Below are positions 39,617 through 50,660 of a stretch of 64,000 nt of DNA, piece by piece; positions within the stretch are counted from its first letter, which is position 1, and each line of letters opens with the position of its first letter. The position numbers and the translations under genes are program-made. The DNA lies in IMG/VR virus record IMGVR_UViG_3300050343_000270, positions 1-64,000 of that record; one strand, given 5' to 3'. This stretch comes from a virus. The notes beneath the pieces are model-generated. The model saw nothing but the letters and a program-made list of their open reading frames with translations, did not search any database and was not told the DNA's origin.

Positions 39617-39970
39617 ATGAATAAAATTTTCTGTGTATCATGTGGAACTAAAAACGTCTACGAAACAACTAAGCCTAAATTTTGTGCTAATTGTGGGGAG
39701 GCGATTTCTGGAGTATCTCAAGCAACTCAAAAGACTTCAGATGAGGTCGAAGAGGTGTCTGTGAGTAGTATTGATTTAGATGGTCTAAAGAGGGGCATTG
39801 GAGTTCAGTATAACAAATCTGTAACTAAAATTGAAGATGTTTTCGGAAAAGGGGCGGATGGATCTGCTAGCAGACGCGCTCCTAGTAATTTACCAAGTGG
39901 TAAAGACATCATCAAGCACAACATGCAAGATTGTGCGCAAGCCTCAAGATCAAAAGATATTAATGAATAA
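39617..39970 (+). CDS. Zinc-ribbon protein
   Basis: FCVSCG...PKFCANCG. Confidence 0.7.
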   Translation: MNKIFCVSCGTKNVYETTKPKFCANCGEAISGVSQATQKTSDEVEEVSVSSIDLDGLKRGIGVQYNKSVTKIEDVFGKGADGSASRRAPSNLPSGKDIIKHNMQDCAQASRSKDINE

Positions 39971-40643
39971 TCAATACGAGGATATGCAAGACGAGATTGA
40001 ACGTCTTCTAGCTCGTTATAGATCAAAGTGGCAATTGACCGCTTTGGCATGGCTAGATTATGATGATATCTCACAACTGATTCGCACCCATATTTACAAG
40101 AAATGGCATTTGTGGGACCAAAAGCGACCCTTCGCGCCTTGGTGTGCGCGGCTGATCTATAATCAGATTAGGAATCAAATCAGGAATCATTATGGTAATT
40201 TTGCGAAGCCGTGTCTCAAATGCTCTCACTATATGGGAGGCGAGGAATGTTCGCTTAACAAAAGCGGCAACATTAGCGCGGAATGCAGTTTATACGCCAA
40301 GTGGAAAAAGAAAAAAGAAAAGGCTTACAATCTTAAACTACCTTTATCTTTAGACCCCGCCGTTTCTATTGGAGAGACCTGTATTAAAGAAGGTATAGAC
40401 TATGAGGAGAAAACTGGGACGCTTCATAAACTTATTATTAATAAAATAACCAACGATAAACAAAAAGAGATTTACAAAATGATCTATGTTGATCACTGTT
40501 CTGATCAAGAGGTGGCGGAAAAGTTTGGTTTTAAACAAGATAAGAAAAACAGGAAAACGCCACGATATAAGCAACTAAATAACCTGAAGAAGAAATTCTA
40601 CGAAATCGGGAAGAAAATAATAGAAGAGGAGGATTTGATTTGA
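39963..40643 (+). CDS. Phage RNA polymerase sigma factor (sigma70/ECF-like) with Cys insertion
   Basis: Region 2-like DYDDISQ...WD.KRPF..W...I.NQIRN; CLKC..C..C insert; region 4-like SDQEVAEKFG. Confidence 0.7.
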   Translation: MNNQYEDMQDEIERLLARYRSKWQLTALAWLDYDDISQLIRTHIYKKWHLWDQKRPFAPWCARLIYNQIRNQIRNHYGNFAKPCLKCSHYMGGEECSLNKSGNISAECSLYAKWKKKKEKAYNLKLPLSLDPAVSIGETCIKEGIDYEEKTGTLHKLIINKITNDKQKEIYKMIYVDHCSDQEVAEKFGFKQDKKNRKTPRYKQLNNLKKKFYEIGKKIIEEEDLI

Positions 40644-41704
40644 ACAAATACAAACTTTCAGACGAAGAAAAGCAACAAGTGATCAGAGAATTTAAAAAAG
40701 ACCCTGATCTTAAGCGCATTACACAAGTTGTTTCTGGTGATCCAGAGGCAGACGGTCGTCATAAGATAGGCAGGGCTATAAGAGCCTTTTTAAGCGAGCA
40801 AAACAAGGAATACAAGACTACAAAGCACGAAGAATGTAATGCAGTCAACCTAACGGAACAACAAAGGGATTTCCTTATGGGCGACCATATCGATTCTGAC
40901 ATGACTCCACTTGATATCGCTCGTATTGTTTTTGAGAATGGAGAAATTAAGAGTTTAAGCCTACATCACCGTGCTGTTATCAACTTTCTTACTCAATATC
41001 GACCAGATATCATCAACGAGAATGAAGTGGTGACTTCTGAAAGGTGGAATCCGCCGACAGCAGTTTCAAGGTCTGTTAAAAAAGTAAACGATTGGGCGGG
41101 TCAGGAAATATCTATAGAAAGCATTAGCAACAAGCATGAAAAGATGATGCGTATGCTTATCAAGTATCTCCACAGCCCCAGATTGAAGCAAACCATAAAT
41201 GAGTATTGCCGCGTTACTGACAGGGAGTTATTTGAGAGTGAATTTGTGCGAGCGACATGGGATAAGCCCGATTTGACCTCCGATGAGCAAAATCAATACA
41301 TAACCCTATGTACCAACTACGTCAGAATTAAGCACATACAGGCGCGACTAGATAAATTGAACAAGATGCTCGATGACATGGGTGACGACGCACAGGGGGC
41401 AACTATACGCTTTACAGAGCTTATTAAGACCACTAGTGAGGAACTCAATCAATGCGAGAAGCGAGTAGAGGCTCTTACGAAGAGTCTGAATGGTAGTCGT
41501 CAAGACAGATTGAAGGCGAAAGGTGAAAGAAGTGGATCTATCGAAGCTTTGGTTGAAGCGTTTCAAGACAAGCAAGATCGTGATCTTATGATCAAGATGG
41601 CTGAAATGAAAAAACGCCTTGTGGCAGATACTGCGGATAAGTTGGAGACAATGAGTGAGTTTAAGGCTCGCGTCCTTGGGATTTCAAAAGAAGAATTGTT
41701 ATGA
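40640..41704 (+). CDS. Hypothetical coiled-coil protein (possible small terminase)
   Basis: 354 aa, upstream of the terminase; function inferred from position only. Confidence 0.5.
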   Translation: MNKYKLSDEEKQQVIREFKKDPDLKRITQVVSGDPEADGRHKIGRAIRAFLSEQNKEYKTTKHEECNAVNLTEQQRDFLMGDHIDSDMTPLDIARIVFENGEIKSLSLHHRAVINFLTQYRPDIINENEVVTSERWNPPTAVSRSVKKVNDWAGQEISIESISNKHEKMMRMLIKYLHSPRLKQTINEYCRVTDRELFESEFVRATWDKPDLTSDEQNQYITLCTNYVRIKHIQARLDKLNKMLDDMGDDAQGATIRFTELIKTTSEELNQCEKRVEALTKSLNGSRQDRLKAKGERSGSIEALVEAFQDKQDRDLMIKMAEMKKRLVADTADKLETMSEFKARVLGISKEELL

Positions 41705-42648
41705 GTGAATTTGAATGTAAAGAATGCGGTAAAACCTTCACATCCAGAAGGGGTTTACACCAGCATACAAAATGTCATTTTGACAGCCTTGCGGAGTATT
41801 ATGTTAAACACCATCCACGCTACGATCTATTTTCAAAAGAACCTATACCTTTTAAAAAATACAGTCAATATGTGGATACTGATTTTGTTTCTTACGACAA
41901 TTATTTAAAGTGGATCAAGGTAAGCCCATCGTCCGAAGTAAAAGAATACATTATTAAGAAATTTAAACAAAAAGCAGAACACAAAGAACTTGGGTTTATG
42001 CCGCCCAATGCTTTTTATGATTTGTATGAGATGCCGAACATCATGACCATGCGGAATGTGTGGGGAAGTTACAACGCATTTTGCAAAGAGATTGGTCTTC
42101 CAGTTAAGCTAAACAAAAAACTTCCAGAATCATTTTGGAGTAATGATGCCTCAGATATTACTGTGATGGTTGACACAAGGGAGCAGTTACCGTTTTCATA
42201 TAAAAATAGTATTAGTCAGAAACTGGACTTTGGTGATTACACGGCGGCGGGGGAAGATTTCTCCAAGACATTCGTGGACAGAAAGTCTGTTGGCGATTTT
42301 AGATCGACTTTTGGTAAGGATATAGATAGGTTTAGAAGAGAAATGGATCGTTGTGTTCAGTTTGATTCTTACATGTTTGTTGTAGTCGAGGATTCCATCC
42401 AAGGAGTGAAAGAGGCTAATAAAAAAACAAAATTCAAAAGCAATCTTAATTATGTATGGCACAATGTCCGAGATCTTATGATAGAGTATCCTGACAACCT
42501 TCAATTTATATTCGCTTATTCGCGCAACGGAGCTAAAAAGATTACTCCAAAAATCTTAAAACATGGACAGGATTTATGGAAGGTAGACTTGCAATACTAT
42601 ATCGAAAATAGGGTTTGCGGTAAACAAAGGGTCAGCATGAAAAGGTGA
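41701..42648 (+). CDS. C2H2 zinc finger + ERCC4/XPF-type nuclease
   Basis: CKEC...H..C/H; VDTREQ...LDFGDY...DRKS..DF...RF.RE. Confidence 0.8.
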   Translation: MSEFECKECGKTFTSRRGLHQHTKCHFDSLAEYYVKHHPRYDLFSKEPIPFKKYSQYVDTDFVSYDNYLKWIKVSPSSEVKEYIIKKFKQKAEHKELGFMPPNAFYDLYEMPNIMTMRNVWGSYNAFCKEIGLPVKLNKKLPESFWSNDASDITVMVDTREQLPFSYKNSISQKLDFGDYTAAGEDFSKTFVDRKSVGDFRSTFGKDIDRFRREMDRCVQFDSYMFVVVEDSIQGVKEANKKTKFKSNLNYVWHNVRDLMIEYPDNLQFIFAYSRNGAKKITPKILKHGQDLWKVDLQYYIENRVCGKQRVSMKR

Positions 42649-42703
42649 TCGTATTAAAAAGATTTTATAATTATAAAAAACAAATTTAGAAGGAATTTAG
42701 ATT

Positions 42704-44602
42704 GTGGCTTGGGATAAAGGAAAACAGCGTTATAGATATGAGTATTCAGCGACGAAAATCAACGAGAAATTGTTGGCTATTGAAGGGGATATGAAAGAAG
42801 AGGAGGCGAAATATCAACTGTATCGTTTTTTACGAAACAATGTTGGTTATACTTGCGAACTCTTTCTTGGGGTTAGATTATTTCCGTTTCAGGAAATGGC
42901 GATAAAATCTATGATGATCGGAGATTACTCGATGTTCGTCTTTTCTCGTGGTTTATCAAAGACTTTCTCAACAGCCATCTATGTTATTTTAGAATGCTTA
43001 TTGAATCCTAGCGCAAATATTGGTGTTATTGCTGGGACATTCCGTCAGTCCAAACAAATATTTTCAAAGATTGAAGATATCATGGCAAAGCCCGAAGCGG
43101 CTATGGCGCGAGAGTCTGGATACAAGCTTTCCAAAGGAACAGATGCATGGACAATGAAGATTGGTAAAAACAAAGCAATTGCTTTACCCTTGGCTAACGG
43201 GGAGAGACTTCGTGGTTTTCGTTTTAATCGTATTGTGCTTGACGAGTTCCTAACCATACCAGAAAAGATTTTCACCGAAGTTATTTTGCCGTTTCTCGGT
43301 GTTGTTGAAAACCCTACGGAAAGGGAAGAGATTTACGATATAGAGAGTATGTTGATTGACTCTGGAGAAATGAAAGAGTCTGACAGGCATGTTTGGTCCA
43401 ATAACAAACTAATCATTCTATCATCGCCAAGTTTCAAGTTCGAATACATGTATAAATTATACTGTAAATACCGAGACCTTATCAGCGGCGTATACGAGAG
43501 TGCCGACGAAGAAGATGACGAGGACGCGGCGGATGATGCTTATCGTATTATTATGCAGTTAAGTTATGACTGTGCGCCGAATACACTTTATGATAAAAAC
43601 CTTTTGAAGCAAGCTAAATCAACAATGAGCGAAATGCAGTTCGAGCGAGAGTTTGGTGGTCAGTTCGTGGATGAGAGTGATGGTTATTTTCGTTTATCTA
43701 AGATGATGAAATGCACTATTCCTGATGGCGAATACCCTGCGGCAGAAGTGGTGGGTAATCCTAAAGATCAATACATACTATCATTTGACCCTAACTGGGC
43801 TGGAAATACAAGCGCCGACCACTTTGCTATGCACGTGTTTAAGCTATTGCCTGACTCCAAGAAGTCTTGCTTAGTCCACAGTTATGCAATCGCGGGAGTT
43901 TCTCTAAAAGACCACATGAGGTATTTTCATTATATATTAACTCATTTTAATATCGTGGGTATCTGCGGTGACTATAACGGAGGGGTTCAGTTTATCGACA
44001 GTTGTAACGAAAGTGAATTATTCAAATCGTCAAATATCAATATTGGAGTAATAGGAATGGATATTGACAAATCAGAAGAATATAATGACAACATGGTCAA
44101 GCTTAAAAATGAATATAATATTAGTGGTAGAAAATATTGTATTCTAAGGAAGCCCACATCTCAGTGGATTCGTTCAGGAAACGAACTACTTCAAGCAAAT
44201 ATTGACCACCAGAAAATTCTATTTGGGGCTAGATCGGTAGATGACCACTTTGACGCTCAAAGAAAAAAGAAACTTCCCATTACTCAGATAAAATGGGACA
44301 TGAATATGTTGGGTAGCAACAATTCTGCTAAGATGATCGACTTCATAGACCACCAAAAAACCATAATCGAACTTACAAAGTCAGAATGTGCAAATATTGA
44401 AGTTAAGAGCAACCCCCAAGGTAGCCAATCTTTCGATTTACCCCAAAATCTTAAGAGAGCAACTGGTCCCAACAGAGCGCGAAAAGACTCCTATTCCGCA
44501 CTAGTTCTAGGAAATTGGTTTATCAAACTATACTACGACATGAATGAAGCAAAAGATAAACCCAAACCTGTTAACGACTTCATTCCAAGAATCATAAAGT
44601 AA
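42704..44602 (+). CDS. terL: Terminase large subunit
   Basis: LFPFQ Q-motif, SRGLSKT Walker A, LRG.R...VLDE Walker B, SFDP nuclease Asp, KDSYSA. Confidence 0.92.
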   Translation: MAWDKGKQRYRYEYSATKINEKLLAIEGDMKEEEAKYQLYRFLRNNVGYTCELFLGVRLFPFQEMAIKSMMIGDYSMFVFSRGLSKTFSTAIYVILECLLNPSANIGVIAGTFRQSKQIFSKIEDIMAKPEAAMARESGYKLSKGTDAWTMKIGKNKAIALPLANGERLRGFRFNRIVLDEFLTIPEKIFTEVILPFLGVVENPTEREEIYDIESMLIDSGEMKESDRHVWSNNKLIILSSPSFKFEYMYKLYCKYRDLISGVYESADEEDDEDAADDAYRIIMQLSYDCAPNTLYDKNLLKQAKSTMSEMQFEREFGGQFVDESDGYFRLSKMMKCTIPDGEYPAAEVVGNPKDQYILSFDPNWAGNTSADHFAMHVFKLLPDSKKSCLVHSYAIAGVSLKDHMRYFHYILTHFNIVGICGDYNGGVQFIDSCNESELFKSSNINIGVIGMDIDKSEEYNDNMVKLKNEYNISGRKYCILRKPTSQWIRSGNELLQANIDHQKILFGARSVDDHFDAQRKKKLPITQIKWDMNMLGSNNSAKMIDFIDHQKTIIELTKSECANIEVKSNPQGSQSFDLPQNLKRATGPNRARKDSYSALVLGNWFIKLYYDMNEAKDKPKPVNDFIPRIIK

Positions 44603-44640
44603 AAAATTCGACTTTGAAAAGTTAAAGTGTAACAATTGAC

Positions 44641-46677
44641 ATGGCGAAAAAGAGAAAATATACAAAACGTTCCGATTACTGGGAAAAAAGAAAAAATCAA
44701 GGTCAAGATAAGAGCTTGGAGGCACTTGCGTCAGCAAATCAGCCAGAAGTCTTTGAGCCAAAAATGCTTGGAGATAACCTATACGAAACTACAGCCTCAA
44801 GAAGCCTTCGCCCAAATAACGCACAACGTTCTAAATCTAGAAAAAACTCAACAGCCACAACCTTGGCGACAGATCGTTTTAAGAATATCGATGACGGTTT
44901 ATTGCCGTTCGCCTACTCGGAAGACTCTGTTAGTGCTGGCGACGCAATTAGGTTGACTCAAAAAGCTTATTTTAATATTGCGGCGTTTCGTAGCACAATC
45001 GATCTTCTTTCTGAGTTTGCAGATGCAGACATCTACCTTGATGGTGGAAGCGCAAAATCGCGTAAACTAATCAAAGCTTGGTTGCAAAGAATCAATATCG
45101 ACGATTTAAAAAGCCAATATTTTAGAGAATATTATAGATCAAGTAACTTCTTCGCGCACCGTATTGATGGAAAACTCAAAGCTACAAATGCAGGGAAACT
45201 GTATGAGGCTTATGGGGCGCAAACTAACAAAAACTTCAAAATACCTATCCGATATCTTGTTCTTAATCCCACTGATATTGTAGCTAAAAATTCTCTATCT
45301 TTCTCACATCAAGAATACGCCAAAGTATTAACTCCGTTTGAAGTGGCTCGTTTGAAAAATCCCCAAACAGAACACGAAAAGGAAACCTACGAATCTCTCC
45401 CTGAAGAAACACAAAAGATGATTCAGTCTGGGGCTGGCGGGTTATCTAATGAAAGGGCTGAAATCAAACTTGATTCAAAGTTCCTTCATGCGATCTTTGC
45501 TAAGAAGCAAGACTATGAACCTTTAGCTGTCCCATACGCGTTCTCTGTTCTTGATGATATGAACAAGAAGATGGAGCTAAAGAAAATAGATCAGGCGATT
45601 GCTCGTTCTATTGAGAATGTTGTGTTGCTGGTTACAATGGGCGCAGAGCCAGACAAGGGCGGAATTAACCATAAGGCTATCGATGCCATGCAACAAATCT
45701 TCCAAAACGAAAGTGTTGGTCGTGTTCTTGTTTCCGATTATACAACGAAAGCGGATTTTGTCATACCTGACCTAAAGAAAGTAATGGGTGCTGAGAAATA
45801 CGAAATTCTAAACAAAGATATTCAAGAAGGTCTACAGAACGTTCTAATCGGAGATACAAAATATTCTGATGGTTCTATGAAAATGAAAATATTCATGAGC
45901 CGCCTACAAGAATCAAGAAATCAATTTCTTAAAGAGTTTTTACAACCAGAAATCAAGAGGATCTGCAAAGGTCTTGGTTTAAAAAGTTATCCAGAAGTAA
46001 AATTCGTAAACACGGATACTTTAGACAATTCAGATTTGACCAAACTAGCCACAAGAATGATGGAGCTTGGCATACTAACTCCAGAGCAAGGCATGGATGT
46101 CGTTCATAGGGGTGAGTTCCCTCAAGCTGTTGATCTAAAGCCCTCGCAAGAAGAATTTAAAGAATCTCGCGAGAAGGGTTACTACACACCGATGGTGAAC
46201 AGTATTAATTTCTACGAAAACGAAGAGGATAGTCCCAACAGCGTAAGCAAACCTTCTGGAAACGGCAATCCAGCCGCGCCATCTGGAGAGGGTAGACCTG
46301 CCAGCGTAACTAATCCATCGCCTTCGGGTGGAAGACCAATGGGTCAATCTAACGCCTCTATTTCCAAGAGTAATCTTATTGAAGTTACAAACAAAGCAAG
46401 TGAATTTGAAACAAAAGCTTATAGAGATTTTGCTTTTAAATATGGAATGGATGAATTAGACGAAAACCGCAAGGATCTTGTGGGTAGGGTTTGCGAATCA
46501 ATCTTTGCTTCTAAGGAAATGGACGAATGGGAAGCCACGCTTGCTAAGGTGGTTGACAATTTAGAAGAGATTCAGTCACTCGATGCAAAACCTGAAGTCT
46601 TGGATTTTGGAGCAGAACATAACTTAAATGATTTATGCTCTGCAATTTTATATCATTCTACTAAAATTTCTGTGTAA
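44641..46677 (+). CDS. Portal protein
   Basis: 678 aa, located between terminase and prohead protease. Confidence 0.8.
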   Translation: MAKKRKYTKRSDYWEKRKNQGQDKSLEALASANQPEVFEPKMLGDNLYETTASRSLRPNNAQRSKSRKNSTATTLATDRFKNIDDGLLPFAYSEDSVSAGDAIRLTQKAYFNIAAFRSTIDLLSEFADADIYLDGGSAKSRKLIKAWLQRINIDDLKSQYFREYYRSSNFFAHRIDGKLKATNAGKLYEAYGAQTNKNFKIPIRYLVLNPTDIVAKNSLSFSHQEYAKVLTPFEVARLKNPQTEHEKETYESLPEETQKMIQSGAGGLSNERAEIKLDSKFLHAIFAKKQDYEPLAVPYAFSVLDDMNKKMELKKIDQAIARSIENVVLLVTMGAEPDKGGINHKAIDAMQQIFQNESVGRVLVSDYTTKADFVIPDLKKVMGAEKYEILNKDIQEGLQNVLIGDTKYSDGSMKMKIFMSRLQESRNQFLKEFLQPEIKRICKGLGLKSYPEVKFVNTDTLDNSDLTKLATRMMELGILTPEQGMDVVHRGEFPQAVDLKPSQEEFKESREKGYYTPMVNSINFYENEEDSPNSVSKPSGNGNPAAPSGEGRPASVTNPSPSGGRPMGQSNASISKSNLIEVTNKASEFETKAYRDFAFKYGMDELDENRKDLVGRVCESIFASKEMDEWEATLAKVVDNLEEIQSLDAKPEVLDFGAEHNLNDLCSAILYHSTKISV

Positions 46678-46685
46678 GGAATGTT

Positions 46686-48206
46686 ATGGCAGAAAAGAAG
46701 AAAGAGTTTAGTTTTCAAATAGCTCCAAAGTTTAAAGTATTAGATGTTCAGAGTTTTGATGATGTAGAAGTTTCAGAAGCTTCCGTCAAGTCAATGTTGC
46801 CAGAGGGCTTTAACGCCAAGATGAACATTGATTTGATGCCAGTCGTTTTTAACTTGGCTGTAGTTAACGAGGTTAATCAGAATGATGATGCCATGAATAC
46901 AATGGCGGCAATCAAATGTGTAAAGAATTTCGCTAACAAACCAATCAACATAGAACACAAAAAGCACAAAATTGTTGGTCACATGATCAATGCGTCGCTT
47001 TCTGAAAAAGAGTTTGATTTTGGCGATAACGACATTGAATCATACGCCGACAAAACCGAACCGTTTTACCTGAATGCTTTTGGCTTTATTTACAGAAAGA
47101 TTTTCCCTGATCTAGCAGAATCCATCATAGAGTCTGCCAGCGAAGACAGTGAAGATTACCAAAACATTTCAACAAGTTGGGAGTTAGCTTCTCGTCAATT
47201 TAAGATTATCAAGGGCAATAGTAAAAAGGTTTGCGAATGCGAATTTGTTGAACAGGATGACTACGAAGAGTATCGAGCATACCTAAAAAGATTTGGGGGA
47301 TCTGGAAAAGATAAAAATGGAGATAGTGTAGCACGAGTTTTTTGTGGTGATGTTATCCCATTGGGCGCAGGTCTAACCATGAAGCCAGCCGCAAGAGTGA
47401 AAGGAATCTATCCAGTTGACCCAAACAAAGAAGAATCAAAGGATGAAAAAGCGGTCGCCAATAAACAAAAAAATTCCCAATTAGAGAAAAAAGATGTAAC
47501 AACAAACAAATCAAATATTTTAAATATGGACGAAAAACAATTCCAAGAATTCGTAAAACAGACTACCGAAGCAATCGCTTCCGTTGTTAAGGGCGACGAT
47601 CAAGCTAAATCAATTGGCATTTTGATGCAGGAAACCCTTGAAAAACACGGCGAAAGCTGGAAGTCTAAAGTTGACCTAGAGTCAGAAGCTCGTGAAAACA
47701 CCGAAAAGGAACTTAAGTCCCTACAGGACCAGCACCTTGAGGTTTCCAACGAACTTGATAAGTTGAAAACTGAAATTGAAGCGAAAGCTTCTGCCGAGCT
47801 ATTTAACGACCGCATGAATCATTTCGATGACAAATACGACCTTTCTGAAGAAGAGAGTAAGATCATCGCTTCTAAACTCAAGGCGGTCAAAGAAGACGAA
47901 GCATTTGAAGTTTTGAAAAACGAGATCGAAGTCATCTTCGCCCACAAGGATAAAGAGACTATGGCTCAAGCCAAAAAAGATCAAGACGCACTTATCGAGC
48001 AAGCTATTGCTGAGAAACTCGAAAAGAGCGACGCAAAAACTGACGAGACAGAAGTTAAAGCTTCAACTGAAGAAGAAACTGAAACTGAAATCGAAACCGA
48101 AGAGATCGAAGCTGAATCTTCGCTCCCTAACGGAAACGGTGAAGGAACTCAGGAAGAAACTCTTTATGAAAAAGCCAAGGCTGGTTTCGCATACAAAATC
48201 TCCTAA
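46686..48206 (+). CDS. Prohead protease fused to a scaffold domain
   Basis: N.NDD, KPINIEH..IVGH, STSWE; acidic coiled-coil C-terminus (internal start possible at 47526). Confidence 0.8.
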   Translation: MAEKKKEFSFQIAPKFKVLDVQSFDDVEVSEASVKSMLPEGFNAKMNIDLMPVVFNLAVVNEVNQNDDAMNTMAAIKCVKNFANKPINIEHKKHKIVGHMINASLSEKEFDFGDNDIESYADKTEPFYLNAFGFIYRKIFPDLAESIIESASEDSEDYQNISTSWELASRQFKIIKGNSKKVCECEFVEQDDYEEYRAYLKRFGGSGKDKNGDSVARVFCGDVIPLGAGLTMKPAARVKGIYPVDPNKEESKDEKAVANKQKNSQLEKKDVTTNKSNILNMDEKQFQEFVKQTTEAIASVVKGDDQAKSIGILMQETLEKHGESWKSKVDLESEARENTEKELKSLQDQHLEVSNELDKLKTEIEAKASAELFNDRMNHFDDKYDLSEEESKIIASKLKAVKEDEAFEVLKNEIEVIFAHKDKETMAQAKKDQDALIEQAIAEKLEKSDAKTDETEVKASTEEETETEIETEEIEAESSLPNGNGEGTQEETLYEKAKAGFAYKIS

Positions 48207-48233
48207 TTAAACAATCTACTAACTATAACTATT

Positions 48234-48857
48234 ATGGCAAACGAAATTACACGACTATTACCATACCGTAGCTACGATGAGAATGATGTTATCAACTTCT
48301 ATTCTCTTGACGCAGTAACGGGTGAAGCTGGTTCTGTTGTTCAGGTTAGCTCTGCTAATCTCACCGACGAACCTGTATCTATGACCACAAGGGGCGACTC
48401 TGATTCTTATAACAATGTTATGGGAAATGGATACTCTCCTTATCCAGAAGTTAATTACAAAGTAAGCAAAGTTGCTGGAACTGGAGCCGCTGTGCGTCCT
48501 CTAGGAATCATGCTACGCGATGTAAGAGCTAATGACGAAAACGGACAAAACTTGATCTACGATTCAGTGAAGCGCGAAGAGCTTCAGTGCGTTATTTCTG
48601 GTCAAGCTGTTCCAATCGCTACCAAAGGCATTTTCACTGTTAATGTGAACGCGCTTGCTGGTGGAGTTGCTCCTGCTGTTAACTCTCTTGCTGTCCCAGC
48701 CGCAAACGGAACTCTTACTGGAGTTGCTTTCGCTTCCGCTGAACAAGCTGAGAAGGACGCCGCTGTTGGAAAATTCATCGCAACTGGCGACCGTGTCGGA
48801 CAATCTTCGACTGACGCTTTTGAAGGTGCATACGCAATACTTAAACTTGAACTCTAA
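48234..48857 (+). CDS. Head decoration/capsid-associated protein
   Basis: Immediately upstream of the MCP; PLGIML.DV...V.SGQAVPIAT.G. Confidence 0.7.
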   Translation: MANEITRLLPYRSYDENDVINFYSLDAVTGEAGSVVQVSSANLTDEPVSMTTRGDSDSYNNVMGNGYSPYPEVNYKVSKVAGTGAAVRPLGIMLRDVRANDENGQNLIYDSVKREELQCVISGQAVPIATKGIFTVNVNALAGGVAPAVNSLAVPAANGTLTGVAFASAEQAEKDAAVGKFIATGDRVGQSSTDAFEGAYAILKLEL

Positions 48858-48875
48858 TCCACATCCTCTACAAAA

Positions 48876-50021
48876 ATGAAAATTAATATTCAAAGAACTG
48901 AAGATCAATTGGCTCTTGTTCGCGCAATGGGTTCCAATAATCGTGAGGAAGCTTATGAGGCACAAGCCGCCGTTGCTCAACTCCTTTCCCCTGTGGTTAG
49001 CGAAGTTATCAACAACGCTGTGACAGTTGGAAGCCTTTTCTCTACACTTACGTTTGGAGAAGATGACAATCCATCTATCCCTCTTGATCTTTATTACGAC
49101 ATCACCGACGAAGATTACATCCAAGTCTACTCTCAACAGGTAGCTGGTGGTCTTCCATATAACCAAGTGTTCCCTGCTCATAACGAGCTTAAGTTCCAGA
49201 CCTACACTCTTGATAGCGCCCTTGCGTTTGACAGGAAGTATGCTCGGAAAGCTCGCTTGGACGTTGTTTCTAAAACCTTCACCCGCATGGCTCAAGAAGT
49301 TATGCTCAAGCAGGAGCGCACCGCATTTAACGTGCTTGCCGCCGCGCTTGTAAAGGGTGATACCACAAGTGGTTCTGCTGGTGATCATATCATCGGTTCT
49401 ACCCAAGAAAGCCGTTTCGTGCTTCATGACCTTAACCGTCTTATGACGAAGGCAAAGCGCATCAACAGTTCTTTCTCTGGTGGCACTCCTACTGGTGGTA
49501 GCAAGGTTGGCATTACTGACCTTTTGGTTTCTCCTGAAATCATCCAAGAGGTTCGCGCAATGTCTTACAACCCAATCAACACCGTCGCCGCTGACGGGGG
49601 CGCTCCTGCCAATACCGAAGATGGTCTTCCTGCTCCAGAGAGTCTGCGTGATTCTCTATACGGTGCTGGTGGTCTTCCAAGCTTCTACGGCATGAACCTT
49701 ATCGAAGTTCTGGAAATGGGCATCGATCAACGTTTCAACAAGATCTTTGACGCAGTTGTTACTGCTGAAGGAGCTACTGTTGTAGGCGGAGGTGACACTG
49801 GAACATTCTCGCAGTCTGCTGACGAAATCGTTATCGGTATCGACCGAAGCCGCGACGTTCTACTTCGCCCTGCTGTTTCTGAAGAAGGAACAGGATCAGA
49901 AGTTAGCGTTGTTGTTGACGATCAGTTCAGCGTTCGCCAGAACAAGATCGGATACTACGGTAAAGTCGAAGAGGGTCGCGTCTGTATTGACGACCGCGCC
50001 CTTGTCGGTATCTCTGTCTAA
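48876..50021 (+). CDS. Major capsid protein
   Basis: 381 aa, syntenic position, highly biased codons, followed by a strong terminator. Confidence 0.85.
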   Translation: MKINIQRTEDQLALVRAMGSNNREEAYEAQAAVAQLLSPVVSEVINNAVTVGSLFSTLTFGEDDNPSIPLDLYYDITDEDYIQVYSQQVAGGLPYNQVFPAHNELKFQTYTLDSALAFDRKYARKARLDVVSKTFTRMAQEVMLKQERTAFNVLAAALVKGDTTSGSAGDHIIGSTQESRFVLHDLNRLMTKAKRINSSFSGGTPTGGSKVGITDLLVSPEIIQEVRAMSYNPINTVAADGGAPANTEDGLPAPESLRDSLYGAGGLPSFYGMNLIEVLEMGIDQRFNKIFDAVVTAEGATVVGGGDTGTFSQSADEIVIGIDRSRDVLLRPAVSEEGTGSEVSVVVDDQFSVRQNKIGYYGKVEEGRVCIDDRALVGISV

Positions 50022-50040
50022 TCCACACTGAACCCCTCAG

Positions 50041-50075
50041 AAGAGTCGCTCCCAGCGGAGCGGCTCTTTTTTTTT
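50041..50075 (+). terminator. Intrinsic terminator after the MCP
   Basis: AAGAGTCGCTCC-CAGC-GGAGCGGCTCTT plus T run. Confidence 0.9.
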
Positions 50076-50107
50076 GATTTTTTTTATTTAAATCTATATC
50101 ATATGTT

Positions 50108-50653
50108 ATGGACAAAAAAGATTTAGACTTCATTCACGGTAAAATAGAACACGAAGAAAAACCGAAAGGTAACAACACAGAACTTCAAATCAACGGATTG
50201 CCTGAAGGAAAGGATCTTCTTTCTGCTTCCGCCGAAGATCTAGAAGGACTTGATGTTAAAAAAGAGATTACTGACGGCAATCAGATTGACATGAGTAAAT
50301 TTGACGAGGTTGATGGTAAAGATAGAAATTCTAAACAGGCTCAAATCGAAAAAGCAAAAGAGCTTGAAGACTTGCTTGGTATTAAAGACGCTAATCCATA
50401 CAGGACTCTAAACAGAGACATCTTCAAAGAGAACCTTTCTGGTATGTCTGTTGCTGAAATGACAACTCTAGCTTCTCGCGTTGGCATCCAACCATCTGGT
50501 GGAAGAAACCAACTAAAAGGCGCGTTAATTAAGTCTTTTGATTTTTACGCACAAAAACATGATGTTACAGTAGGCACTCCCGCTAGACCAATCGAGCTAG
50601 ATAAAAACGATCCAAATTACAAAGAAAGTGTAAGATTATTCAAAGACATTTGA
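50108..50653 (+). CDS. Hypothetical protein
   Basis: 181-aa ORF in the head-neck cluster. Confidence 0.7.
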   Translation: MDKKDLDFIHGKIEHEEKPKGNNTELQINGLPEGKDLLSASAEDLEGLDVKKEITDGNQIDMSKFDEVDGKDRNSKQAQIEKAKELEDLLGIKDANPYRTLNRDIFKENLSGMSVAEMTTLASRVGIQPSGGRNQLKGALIKSFDFYAQKHDVTVGTPARPIELDKNDPNYKESVRLFKDI

Positions 50654-50660
50654 ATAACAC

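Noticed and set aside
48564-49547. 327-aa antisense ORF
   Set aside because: Overlaps the decoration and capsid genes; explained by their codon bias.
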